Below, piece by piece: positions 1 through 9,414 of a stretch of 64,000 nucleotides of DNA. Position 1 is the first letter of the stretch. Each line of letters opens with the position of its first letter. The notes beneath the pieces were generated by a model. The model did not search any database, was not told where the DNA came from, and was given only the letters and a program-made list of their open reading frames with translations. A program made the translations under genes and the position numbers. Where the stretch lies: positions 32,001 through 96,000 of the forward strand of contig CAVTUQ010000013.1 in NCBI GenBank assembly GCA_963737905.1, in the 5' to 3' direction. The stretch is from an uncultured delta proteobacterium. GTDB taxonomy: Bacteria; Desulfobacterota; Binatia; UBA9968.

Positions 1-698
1 GGTTTTAAGTTCGGGAGACTTTCGAATTTGACGCGGGTTGGCTCTTGATCCTCTGTCGCGACCAACGCTTCCGACGAAGAGTGGGGCAGACTTACTGGAA
101 CCATTTCACGCTTGAACTGCCCGCGTTCCTCCGCTTTAAGCGCCCGCTGGTAACTCGTAGCCGCGAATTCATCCTGCTCTTCCCTGCTGATCTTCAAGAA
201 GCGGGCGCAAATTTCTGCTGCCGCTCCCATGTGAAACTGATTATAAACATCCCACAGCCCGTCATGAATCATACTATCCACGAGTTCTCCCGGTCCCATT
301 CGGTAACCCGTGCGGGCCTTCATCAAGAGATAGGGGGCGTTACTCATGCTCTCCATACCCCCTGCTACGACGGTTTCCACATCACCTACCATAATCGCCT
401 GCGCTGCCAACATCACCGCCTTTAACCCGGAGCCGCAAACCTTGTTAATTGTGGTGCAGGCGACTTCGTGAGCGAGCCCGGCTCCGAGGGCCGCCTGGCG
501 CGCCGGCGCTTGTCCCAGCCCTGCGGATAAAACATTGCCCATGAGGACTTCGTCAACCTGGTCGGCTCTTAAATGCACCCTGCCCAAGACCTCGCGGATT
601 ACCATACTGCCCAATTGCGTCGCGGTGAAGCTACTCAGTTTTCCTTGAAAGCTTCCGATGGGTGTGCGCGCCGCGCCGACAATCACGGCCTGTCTCAT
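1..698 (-). CDS. Acetyl-CoA C-acetyltransferase (thiolase), runs off window edge
   Basis: Not in ORF track. Manual translation from ATG 698 after AGGAGG gives MRQAVIVGAARTPIGSFQG...GQAPARQA...TINKVCGSGLKAV...GGMESMSNAPY, the thiolase motifs with catalytic Cys. Confidence 0.95.
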   Translation of the reverse strand, partial: MRQAVIVGAARTPIGSFQGKLSSFTATQLGSMVIREVLGRVHLRADQVDEVLMGNVLSAGLGQAPARQAALGAGLAHEVACTTINKVCGSGLKAVMLAAQAIMVGDVETVVAGGMESMSNAPYLLMKARTGYRMGPGELVDSMIHDGLWDVYNQFHMGAAAEICARFLKISREEQDEFAATSYQRALKAEERGQFKREMVPVSLPHSSSEALVATEDQEPTRVKFESLPNLK

Positions 699-709
699 GG
701 AATCCTCCT

Positions 710-985
710 TTAAAGCGCTCTTGACGACCTACGTCCGAGAAAATGACGCTGTTTTCTTGAGACAATCGCCGTCACGGCGCGTGCGACAAGAAGCCCGCTG
801 CGAGAAGGCGAGCCGATAGCCCGCTTTCGTAAGTTAGCGCTATCCGGGGTTGCAGGGACAAAAATATTCGGGACGATGGGAGCGTCGAATCGCCGCGGGC
901 GATCGTTGACGGGGAAAAGCCGGGCCGGGCCTGCTTCCCTGTCCAAAGAAGCGATTGGGCTTTTTGGGTCGTGTCTTGCCGCCAC
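710..985 (-). CDS. Possible 91-aa hypothetical protein upstream of thiolase
   Basis: GTG 985 preceded by GGAGGAG; its TAA abuts the thiolase RBS. No recognisable family. Confidence 0.3.
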   Translation of the reverse strand: MAARHDPKSPIASLDREAGPARLFPVNDRPRRFDAPIVPNIFVPATPDSANLRKRAIGSPSRSGLLVARAVTAIVSRKQRHFLGRRSSRAL

Positions 986-1057
986 CGTGGTACTCCTCCC
1001 GGATCGGATGGTTGGAGCCACTCGCTGTTCGAATTCTACCAGAATAAACAATCTGGG

Positions 1058-1076
1058 GAAATGTTGATAACATTTC
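1058..1076. promoter_or_regulatory. Palindromic operator candidate GAAATGTT-gat-AACATTTC
   Basis: Perfect 8-bp inverted repeat in the AT-rich spacer between divergent thiolase and pdhA. Confidence 0.5.
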
Positions 1077-1168
1077 ATGTTAACAATATTTCACTTGGGT
1101 GCTAGACTATTGTTGTAATCACATGCGTTGGCAATCGAACAGTTCTAAAACAAGTCAAGGAGTCCACC

Positions 1169-2248
1169 TTGCCCAGGACAACGATCAAGAGCTTTGAGAT
1201 TGAACGACTTCAGATCTTGGACGGGCAGGGAAATTGTGACGAGGCTTTAAGGCCCGCGCTTTCCGACCAGCAAATCCGCAGGCTTTATGAAAGCATGATC
1301 CTTGCCCGCACCCTTGATGAGAAGGCTTTTAAATTGCAGCGGGGAGGACGACTGGGAACCTACGCCTCGATTCTCGGCCAGGAAGCGGCTCAGGTCGCCA
1401 GTGCGCTGGCCCTCGAGCCAACCGATTGGATGTTTCCTTCCTTTCGCGAACCTGGGGCGTCTATCGTCAGGGGTTTGTCGATTAAAACGATCCTCCAATA
1501 TTGGTCCGGGGATGAACGGGGGAATATCACCTTGGAGGGACAAAACGATTTCCCGATCACGATTCCAGTGTCAACGCAAATTCCCATTGGAGTAGGGGCC
1601 GCCTGGGGCGCCAAACTGAAAGGCGATAAGATCGCCGTCCTCGTGTACCTGGGAGATGGGGCGACTTCGAAAGGAGATTTTCACGAGGGGCTGAATTTTG
1701 CCGGGGTCTTTTGTTTGCCCGTGGTCTTTCTCTGTCAAAATAATCACTGGGCAATTTCTGTCCCCTTAAAGCGCCAGACGGCTGCGGCAACGATTGCGCA
1801 AAAAGCAATCGCCTATGGTTTTCCCGGGATTCAAGTGGACGGCAACGACCCCTTTGCCGTGTACAAAGCAACCGACGAGGCGCTGAAGCGTGCCCGTGCG
1901 GGAAGCGGGCCAACGTTAATCGAGGCTGTGACCTACCGGCTTGGCGACCATACGACCGCCGACGACGCATCCCGCTACCGCAGCAAGGAAGAGGTCGAAC
2001 AGTGGAAAAAGAAAAACCCAATCGACCGGCTGAAACAATATATGGTCTCGAAAGAGCTTTGGGATGAATCCTACGGCCTCAAAACCGCGGCCCAGGCACG
2101 CGAACAAGTTGAAGCGGCGGTGAAAGAGCTGGAGGCGACAGCGCCGCCCCAGCCGCAAGATATCTTTCGCTACACGTACCGAGAAATGACCCGAGAGCTA
2201 AACGAACAGATGGAAGGTTTTCTTAGCGGCAACGGGCGCGGCAAGTAA
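1169..2248 (+). CDS. pdhA: Pyruvate/2-oxoacid dehydrogenase E1 alpha
   Basis: TPP motif GDGATSKGDFHEGLNF...QNN; YRLGDHTTADD; AAGGAG RBS before TTG. Confidence 0.93.
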   Translation: MPRTTIKSFEIERLQILDGQGNCDEALRPALSDQQIRRLYESMILARTLDEKAFKLQRGGRLGTYASILGQEAAQVASALALEPTDWMFPSFREPGASIVRGLSIKTILQYWSGDERGNITLEGQNDFPITIPVSTQIPIGVGAAWGAKLKGDKIAVLVYLGDGATSKGDFHEGLNFAGVFCLPVVFLCQNNHWAISVPLKRQTAAATIAQKAIAYGFPGIQVDGNDPFAVYKATDEALKRARAGSGPTLIEAVTYRLGDHTTADDASRYRSKEEVEQWKKKNPIDRLKQYMVSKELWDESYGLKTAAQAREQVEAAVKELEATAPPQPQDIFRYTYREMTRELNEQMEGFLSGNGRGK

Positions 2249-2271
2249 CCAACCCCGCTCAGGAAAAAAAC

Positions 2272-3249
2272 ATGGCCAAGTTAACTGTGGTTGAGGCGAT
2301 CAACCTGGCGCTCAAGCAGGAAATGGCAAGAGACTCCAGGCTGCTGGTCTTGGGGGAGGATGTGGGGAAAAACGGCGGAGTCTTCAGGGTGACCGAGGGC
2401 TTGCTTGAATTGTTCGGGGAGAACCGCGTAGTCGACACGCCCCTTTCAGAATCCGCCATCATCGGTTCCGCCATCGGGCTAGCGGTCTACGGCTTGAGGC
2501 CGGTTGCCGAGATTCAATTTGAAGGGTTTGTTTATGGCGCCATGGAGCAACTGATCGGTCATGCCGCCCGCATCAGAACGCGATCGCGCGGACGGCGTGA
2601 ATGCCCGCTGGTGGTTCGCATCCCGTACGGCGGAGGGATCCACGCCCCGGAACATCACTCGGAAAGCAATGAGGCTTATTTCGTTCATACCCCGGGACTC
2701 AAGGTTGTGGTTCCGTCGACGCCCTATGAAGCAAAGGGACTGTTGCTTTCAGCGATTCGTGATCCGGATCCGGTTATCTTCATGGAGCCCAAGAGAATTT
2801 ATCGCGCCATCCGAGAAGAGGTCCCGGACGAGGAGTATCTAATTCCACTGGAGCAAGCTCGGGTCGTTACGGAAGGCAACCACGTCACATTGATCGCCTG
2901 GGGCGCGATGCTCCACGTGGCGCTTCAGGGGGCCAAGCTGATGGCCGACCGGGGAATCAGCTCTGAGGTGCTTGATCTGCGCACACTCTCTCCTCTCGAT
3001 ACCCAGAGCATTGTCGAATCGATAAAGAAAACCAACAGAGCGGTCATCGTCCACGAAGCACCGCGAAGCTGCGGTGTGGCGGCGGAGATCATCGCCCGCA
3101 TCAACGAGAAAGCCTTGCTGTATCTGGAGGCCCCGGTAGAAAGAGTCACCGGATTTGATACGGTCATGCCGCTGCCAAGATTGGAGCAGCATTTTCTTCC
3201 CGATGCCCAAAGAGTTGTTCGGGCCATCGATCGAGTGATGAACGCATAG
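2272..3249 (+). CDS. pdhB: Pyruvate/2-oxoacid dehydrogenase E1 beta
   Basis: GEDVGKNGGVFRVT, DTPLSE, EIQF, PEHHSES motifs. Confidence 0.93.
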   Translation: MAKLTVVEAINLALKQEMARDSRLLVLGEDVGKNGGVFRVTEGLLELFGENRVVDTPLSESAIIGSAIGLAVYGLRPVAEIQFEGFVYGAMEQLIGHAARIRTRSRGRRECPLVVRIPYGGGIHAPEHHSESNEAYFVHTPGLKVVVPSTPYEAKGLLLSAIRDPDPVIFMEPKRIYRAIREEVPDEEYLIPLEQARVVTEGNHVTLIAWGAMLHVALQGAKLMADRGISSEVLDLRTLSPLDTQSIVESIKKTNRAVIVHEAPRSCGVAAEIIARINEKALLYLEAPVERVTGFDTVMPLPRLEQHFLPDAQRVVRAIDRVMNA

Positions 3250-3271
3250 ATTCCCCATTAGCAAGAAGCGT

Positions 3272-4465
3272 ATGATCAAGGAATTTCACCTGCCCGACGT
3301 TGGTGAAGGCATCAGTGAAGCGGAGATCGTCAAGTGGCTGATCACCGAAGGCGCGCCGGTTAAAGAAGATCAAGACCTGGTGGAAATCGAGACGGACAAG
3401 GCGATCGTCACTCTGCCCTCGCCGCACTCGGGTAAAGTGTCGACCCTACACCGGCGCGAAGGCGAGATCGTCAAAGTGGGCGACCTTTTGGTCAGCATCG
3501 AAAGTGACAGCGAGAGCCCTACTCCCCTCCCGTCGAAGAAAGATACCGGTACCGTCGTCGGCTCGCTGAGCGACGAAGAGGTCGTCGAGCTACCGGAACC
3601 AGTGAAAGCCACTCCGGCCGTTCGGGCGCTGGCTAAGAAACTAAATGTCGATTTGGGCAAAATTCGCGGCACCGGTCCAGAAGGAAAGATCACCAGAGAC
3701 GACGTCGAACAGACGATCGGGGAGAAGCCGCTCGAGGATGCAACCGATGCTGATACCTATGGTCCCGTCGAAAAGATTCCCATACGCGGACTGCGCCGAA
3801 CGATAGCGAAACGGATGCAAGAGGCACGGCAGCGCGTCCCTGATGTTACGATTTGGGAAGACGCGGATATATCCGATCTGGAAACCGTACGATCGAAGGA
3901 GAAAAAAGGTGCCGCCGAAAAAGGGATCAAGCTAACCTACCTGCCTTTTATCATCAAGGCCACCCTCTCAGCCCTGAAAGCGCATCCCTACCTCAATGCC
4001 ACGTTGGATGACGAAACCGGGCAGATCCTATTGAAAAAATACTACAATATCGGCATCGCGGTCGATACCACCGATGGTCTCATAGTATTTTCCATCAAAC
4101 AGGCCGACCAGAAAAATATTCTCGAGCTGGCCAAAGAGATCAGCGCGCTGGCGGAAAAGGCTCGAAGCCGCAAGCTCGACCTCGCCGATCTCAGAGGAAG
4201 CACTTTTACCATTACTAATTATGGCGTTATCGGCGCGACCTATGGAACGCCGATCATTAATTATCCCGAAGTCGCCATTCTCGGCATCGGCAGAATCCAG
4301 GATCGCCCGGTTGTTAAAAGCGGCCAGGTAGCCATCCGCAAAATCATGCCACTCTCCCTCGCCTTCGATCATCGCGTCATCGATGGCGTCGAAGCCGCCC
4401 GTTTTCTTAACGTCGTGATCCAACGCTTGGAAGATCCGGACTTGATGCTGATTGAAGGCAAGTGA
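3272..4465 (+). CDS. pdhC: Dihydrolipoamide acyltransferase E2
   Basis: Lipoyl ETDKA, subunit-binding ATPAVRALA...GTGPEGKI, catalytic FDHRVIDG. Confidence 0.92.
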   Translation: MIKEFHLPDVGEGISEAEIVKWLITEGAPVKEDQDLVEIETDKAIVTLPSPHSGKVSTLHRREGEIVKVGDLLVSIESDSESPTPLPSKKDTGTVVGSLSDEEVVELPEPVKATPAVRALAKKLNVDLGKIRGTGPEGKITRDDVEQTIGEKPLEDATDADTYGPVEKIPIRGLRRTIAKRMQEARQRVPDVTIWEDADISDLETVRSKEKKGAAEKGIKLTYLPFIIKATLSALKAHPYLNATLDDETGQILLKKYYNIGIAVDTTDGLIVFSIKQADQKNILELAKEISALAEKARSRKLDLADLRGSTFTITNYGVIGATYGTPIINYPEVAILGIGRIQDRPVVKSGQVAIRKIMPLSLAFDHRVIDGVEAARFLNVVIQRLEDPDLMLIEGK

Positions 4466-4482
4466 CGAAGGGCTTTGGAGGC

Positions 4483-5412
4483 TTACAGCGCTCTTCGCCG
4501 ATAGCGTGCGACCGCCGGATTGACCCCAGCTTTTTTCCCTTGATCCCAGAGATAAAATCCCTTGCCGTTCTTTATGCCGTAGAATCCCGCCGCCACTAGC
4601 TTCCGTAACAGGTCTGGAGCTTGATAACTTGCTCCAAGTTCCTTCCGCAAAACCTCGGCAATGGCGAGTGTGGTGTCCAATCCGACAAAATCGAGAGTCG
4701 TTATGGGTCCCATTTTGTGACCCAGACACAGAGTCGTCTTGTCCGCGTCTTCGCAACTCATGATCCCTTCTTCCACGACTTTAACCGCCTCCATCAAAAA
4801 GGGAACAAACATCCGATTGATGCCAAACCCGGCTTTGTCCTCCGAAGCGATCGGTTCTTTGCCTAATTCATGACAGAAAGCAGTAACCCTGCCCCAGGTC
4901 TGGTTGGAGGTCTGCAATCCCCGAATCAGTTCGCAGCCTGGCTGAAGCGGCACAGGATTCATGAAGTGCATCCCCATGAAACAGTCCGGATGCTCATAAG
5001 CGCTGGCAAGGCGGGTAATAGAAATGGACGAGGTATTGGAGACCAAAGTGTTGTCGAAACCCAAGTTTGCAAGCGATCGGATCGTTTCAATTTTGGCACT
5101 CTCGTTTTCCACGATGGCCTCGATCACGATGTCGCATTGTAGAAGCTCTCGGCGATCGGTTGACCCGCGCAATTGCGAAAGAGTCCTTTCCCTCTCGGCG
5201 ACCGGCATGCCAGTCTTACCCTGGGATTTCTCATCGCTCCGGACAAGGCGCTCCAGGCTCTGTCGAATGTGCCTCATGCCTTTCTCCAAAATCTCCGCAG
5301 TCAGATCCACGACGACCACGTCAAAGCCCCGAGTCGCAGCCACCTGGGCAATACCTCTGCCCATTAGCCCAATCCCGATTACCCCGACTTTGCGAATGTT
5401 CGACGGCTGCAT
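4483..5412 (-). CDS. 3-hydroxyacyl-CoA (3-hydroxybutyryl-CoA) dehydrogenase
   Basis: GxGxMGxGIA Rossmann motif, EAIVE, SNTSS, GMHFMNPVP, DFVGLD. Confidence 0.92.
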   Translation of the reverse strand: MQPSNIRKVGVIGIGLMGRGIAQVAATRGFDVVVVDLTAEILEKGMRHIRQSLERLVRSDEKSQGKTGMPVAERERTLSQLRGSTDRRELLQCDIVIEAIVENESAKIETIRSLANLGFDNTLVSNTSSISITRLASAYEHPDCFMGMHFMNPVPLQPGCELIRGLQTSNQTWGRVTAFCHELGKEPIASEDKAGFGINRMFVPFLMEAVKVVEEGIMSCEDADKTTLCLGHKMGPITTLDFVGLDTTLAIAEVLRKELGASYQAPDLLRKLVAAGFYGIKNGKGFYLWDQGKKAGVNPAVARYRRRAL

Positions 5413-5703
5413 GAACCAATCCTCTTTATCGTTACCTTATCCGATCACATCCCCTTACCAACTTCTTAATCGTTTTTTTTCCACGATGTAAAGGCGATTT
5501 CGGATTTTACTGGACTGCTTCGCTGGCTTTGCGGACGGGGGCGGCGGAAATGGCGACCGGGTTGCGCTTATGACTGAGGCGCGTGAACTCAAAGGAGCGA
5601 AAAGATGCTCGAAACAGGAACGGCTCGGCTTACGCGGCGGCAGTTCTGGTGAGTTAGGTGCCGGGGTCTTACTGTTGAGTTAGTGGAAGATCTTGCCCAA
5701 TAG

Positions 5704-6072
5704 TCAGATCTTATCTTTGGCGCGCAATCCTTGGAGGCGTGCCAACATCAGATCTCCGAGATTCTCCGTCGGGAAATGATCTGGAATTGTCATCGGTTCG
5801 GCTCCAAGATTGGCGAGCCGCTCGTTGAGCGCAGCAAGATCAGAGCGTGTTTGCCGATACTCATCCACCTTGGCTCGGCAATTCAGGATGCTCTGGTCAA
5901 TGTGCGCCAAGCAATCCCGCAGAATCGACTTTTGTTGCTCCGACAGACTTCGTAGCCGTTCTACTTCTGCCTGAGCGAACGGCTCCACGGCTGGACGGAC
6001 ACCTCCTTCGATTTGCGCCTGCATACCACCCACCGACCGCATCAGCCTTTCGCAGGCCTGCTGCTCTTTCAT
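5704..6072 (-). CDS. Hypothetical coiled-coil protein
   Basis: ATG 6072 after GAAGGA; heptad-rich helical sequence; downstream of HTH gene. Confidence 0.6.
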   Translation of the reverse strand: MKEQQACERLMRSVGGMQAQIEGGVRPAVEPFAQAEVERLRSLSEQQKSILRDCLAHIDQSILNCRAKVDEYRQTRSDLAALNERLANLGAEPMTIPDHFPTENLGDLMLARLQGLRAKDKI

Positions 6073-6248
6073 CAAGTCCTTCCCAAAACCGGTGGCCGCG
6101 CTAGTGCATCTATGGCTAGACGATTGATGAGGAAATAGCATTAAACCAATCGACGGCCTGGGGGCCAGGCACCTTCTGCTGCTAATAAGAAGCAAGCCGT
6201 ACAGTGACAGCATCAATGTACGGCTCCGAGGAATGATATGGATGCAGC

Positions 6249-6470
6249 TTACTTGCTGGCCATAGCACTTGCTTTCGAGTCACTATCGCCGTTATCCGAC
6301 AAACTCATCGACTTGCTGGACACTAGCTCCAACACATCGTTCCTGCTGAATCTCCAACTCCGGCCAATCCGATTGCCTGGAATCACTCCCCGCTCAGCCA
6401 GCTTGTAGACGGTCTTAAGATGGATCTTGAGCAGGGCAGCCACCTCGGACGGGGTCATTATCTCTTCCAT
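6249..6470 (-). CDS. Excisionase/BldC-like HTH DNA-binding protein (HTH_17 type)
   Basis: IMTPSEVAALLKIHLKTVYKLAERGVIPGNRIGRSWRF; AAGGAG RBS. Confidence 0.88.
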   Translation of the reverse strand: MEEIMTPSEVAALLKIHLKTVYKLAERGVIPGNRIGRSWRFSRNDVLELVSSKSMSLSDNGDSDSKASAMASK

Positions 6471-6531
6471 CCGTTTTGTTCTCCTTCCAACACTTCAAGT
6501 ACTGCTTATTTTCCTATCAACACCTAAGATC

Positions 6532-6548
6532 AGCACAACCCGTGCCAA
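6532..6548 (-). promoter_or_regulatory. Sigma54 -24/-12 promoter TTGGCACGGGTTGTGCT
   Basis: Near-consensus TGGCACG-N4-(T/G)TGC about 60 nt upstream of the HTH gene. Confidence 0.75.
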
Positions 6549-6862
6549 TTAGCCCAAAGGCGTTCCCATAATACCTAAGACACCATATTTCCAAAGAATT
6601 CCATGGCGGGTAGAGAACTCTAGGTAAGCACGATAAAGCGCAGCGAACCGCCTGACATGGACAAAATTGGCCAATCATTACGGTTTTCGGCCAGTCGTCG
6701 TTTTACCAGCTCAGACTATGGCGTATTGTAAACTGAGAACAGAGCGTTGGAGCGAGCGGGCGCAAGGCGCGGAGTTATGTTGATGGGTGCACTTTGATTC
6801 ACGAACTGGGTTTGAAGGGACAACGATGACCCTGTCAAACAGACGTTTATTATACTGGTCCC

Positions 6863-8356
6863 TTAGCCCTTCGTTATATGCGGTCGGGTGTGGCGCGCTT
6901 GCACGGCGGCCAGTTGCTTCTCCCACTTCGCAGAAAAGTGCTTTCGCGTATCGTTGCTTATCTGGCTGACAGCGGGAAATCGATCACGCCATTCGTAGGG
7001 CCGAGTTGCCTCGATGATCATTCGTGAGTTATGGCCCTTCTGGCCGGGAGGAATGATGGGATCGAGGGGGCCGCTCCAGGTACGGCGCAGGATATCAACT
7101 GAGGTGGCGGGATCAGACCTAGTGGCTATCGCCCAGACAACCTCATTTAGATCAGTGATGTCGATGTCCTCGTCTACGACTACCACATACCGGCCCAGGT
7201 AAGCCCCCGCATGACACTGGCAAGCGACTAGCGCAGCCTGTTTGGCATGGCCCGGGTACCGCTGTTTGATCGCCACAACGATCATGAATCGTTGCGCAGG
7301 CGGTGGAAGATACACGCCTCGGATGTCTGGAACGCCGGCTTGCTCCATTCCGTTCCAAACGGTGGCCGCGCGTAAACAGGACCGATACATTCCGTGAATC
7401 GTTGGCTTGAAGGGTGCGGCGCCGCAAATAATAGGATCATTTCGATAATACAGCGCCTTCACTCGCACAAACGGCTCGGCGCGCTGAGCGCTGGCATAAT
7501 AGCCAGGCCATTCGCCAAACGGACCTTCGGGTAACGATTCCCCAGGAATGATTTCTCCCTCGATAGCGATTTCAGCTGTGGCTGGAAATCGGAGCCCGGT
7601 TAAGGGTCCCTCCATTACTTCTATGGGCTGGCCCAGGAGTCCCCCGGTCCAGTCGTATTCGTTAACCCCAAAGGGAACGGCCTGCGACGCTGCGATGAAC
7701 AGCAGCGGATGCTGGCCGAACACCATTGCCACCGGGAAGGGCTTTCCCGCTCGCATCGCTTTCTCATAATGAATTTTGCCGTGCTTGCCGGGAGAGATAT
7801 AAAGACCCACTTTGTCCTTCTCCTGGAGCATCACGCGGTAGCAACCAACGTTTTCCACGCCGGTCTCGGGATCGCGTGTGATCACGAGATGGGCGGTTCC
7901 CAGGTAGCGGCCGCCGTCGCCCTCATGCCAACGCGGGACCGGAAACTTGAGGAGATCAATCTGATCGCCCCGCTCGATATTCTCCATTACAGGACCGGTG
8001 GAAACAATGTTCGGTTTGATCGGTTGAAGCGCCCGCAACTTCGCCCGCAAAGCATCGATCAGAGGAATCGTCTTCAGATCGGTCGGCAGGTTCAAGGTCA
8101 GGGCTGTGCGTTCCAGGGTCTCGAGCATGTTGGCGAGAACGCGGCGATCGGCGGCATATCCGGGAACCGCCTCGAACATGACTGCCGGCGGAGACGGCAG
8201 CCGCTCCAGTATGATTTCCGTCAACGCCCCGATCTCCAAGTCCCAATGAGCACCAGAGATGTGTTCCAATTGTCCCAGCGCTTGCACGCCGTCGAGCCAA
8301 TCGCGAAGGTCACAAGCATTTGCGGCTTCGCGGGTTTTCATTTCTGGCTTTGCCAT
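6863..8356 (-). CDS. UbiD-family (prFMN-dependent) decarboxylase
   Basis: DGGRYLGT, NVGCYR, EGPFGEWPGYY, VVVDEDIDI, WAIATRSDP. Confidence 0.92.
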   Translation of the reverse strand: MAKPEMKTREAANACDLRDWLDGVQALGQLEHISGAHWDLEIGALTEIILERLPSPPAVMFEAVPGYAADRRVLANMLETLERTALTLNLPTDLKTIPLIDALRAKLRALQPIKPNIVSTGPVMENIERGDQIDLLKFPVPRWHEGDGGRYLGTAHLVITRDPETGVENVGCYRVMLQEKDKVGLYISPGKHGKIHYEKAMRAGKPFPVAMVFGQHPLLFIAASQAVPFGVNEYDWTGGLLGQPIEVMEGPLTGLRFPATAEIAIEGEIIPGESLPEGPFGEWPGYYASAQRAEPFVRVKALYYRNDPIICGAAPFKPTIHGMYRSCLRAATVWNGMEQAGVPDIRGVYLPPPAQRFMIVVAIKQRYPGHAKQAALVACQCHAGAYLGRYVVVVDEDIDITDLNEVVWAIATRSDPATSVDILRRTWSGPLDPIIPPGQKGHNSRMIIEATRPYEWRDRFPAVSQISNDTRKHFSAKWEKQLAAVQARHTRPHITKG

Positions 8357-8395
8357 ACAGAACCTCCCTCAATCTGGTACAGTCAGCGCAAGATT

Positions 8396-9394
8396 TTAGT
8401 TTTCAACCTCTTCCCGATATAGCTGGAGCCCTTCCATCACAGGTCTATCATTGATGGAAAAGAGAATTGCCTCGTCGTCGGCAAGATTCTCATGAGAATG
8501 CCATTGCCAAAGGGGTACGACGAAAGAATCTCCCTTCTTCCATTCGAGGTGGCCTTCTCCTACCGCAGTTCGACCTCGTCCTTTGAAAACGTGGTAGAGG
8601 GCCGTGCTGGTATGGCGATGCGCCTTGGTTTTCTCGCTGGCTTTGAAGAGCTGAACCTCGCACGACATCGTCGGGTACGTGAATCCAGCCGTGACCGGAT
8701 TGACGTAGCGCAGCAGCGTACCTTCGTAAGGATCACGGTCGCTGTCGCCCATCGTCTTGAGCGCCTTGTAGGTGTTCTTCCAAGCGTAACGAAAGGGAAC
8801 GCCGCGCCGGTAGATTTCATTCTGCTTCGGCGTCCGTGCAAAGCCCAGACGGCTGAGCGATTCACCGGTTTGTCGGGTGATCGGCTGTTCATCCTTTTCG
8901 TAATCCTCGAAGAACAAAACGTTCAAGGACTGGATCAGTGGTCCATCCAGCCCATCTAACCAGATAATCGGGTCTTCGGATTCGTTGTGGTGATCATGCC
9001 AAGTCCAATTGGGCGTGAGGATTAGGTCGCCTTCTTCCATCGGAAACTTTTCGCCGTCGACAGCCGTGTACGCCCCTTTCCCCTGCACGACGAAGCGGAT
9101 CGCCGCCATGTTATGACGGTGCGCCCGCGCCACCTCGCCGGGATTCACGATAGAAAAGGTGAATTGAAGGGTATGAGAAGTCGACTTGAGCGGAAGGTGC
9201 GGACTCACGAGGCGGATGGCGCGTCGTTCCGCCTGTTCGATACCGATCGTCTCGCTTGCCTTCAACAAGCCGTCAAGCAGCGGCTCCCACTTCCAGAGAT
9301 ACGGCGCCTCCGACGAATGCGACGGAACACGCGTCTTCCAGAACCCAGAGAGCTGATTCTTCTCCAATTCGCTGTCGAGCTCCGTAAGCTTCAT
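8396..9394 (-). CDS. Gentisate 1,2-dioxygenase-like bicupin
   Basis: AERR, AHRH...LILTPNWTWHDH, WLDGLD; second cupin AHRH...PLWQWHSH. Confidence 0.87.
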   Translation of the reverse strand: MKLTELDSELEKNQLSGFWKTRVPSHSSEAPYLWKWEPLLDGLLKASETIGIEQAERRAIRLVSPHLPLKSTSHTLQFTFSIVNPGEVARAHRHNMAAIRFVVQGKGAYTAVDGEKFPMEEGDLILTPNWTWHDHHNESEDPIIWLDGLDGPLIQSLNVLFFEDYEKDEQPITRQTGESLSRLGFARTPKQNEIYRRGVPFRYAWKNTYKALKTMGDSDRDPYEGTLLRYVNPVTAGFTYPTMSCEVQLFKASEKTKAHRHTSTALYHVFKGRGRTAVGEGHLEWKKGDSFVVPLWQWHSHENLADDEAILFSINDRPVMEGLQLYREEVEN

Positions 9395-9414
9395 CGGCTC
9401 ACCCCTTCTTTGCG

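Noticed and set aside
45-425. 126-aa plus-strand ORF
   Set aside because: Antisense shadow of the thiolase.
6249-6470. Prophage or ICE marked by an excisionase
   Set aside because: No integrase, att site or phage genes nearby.
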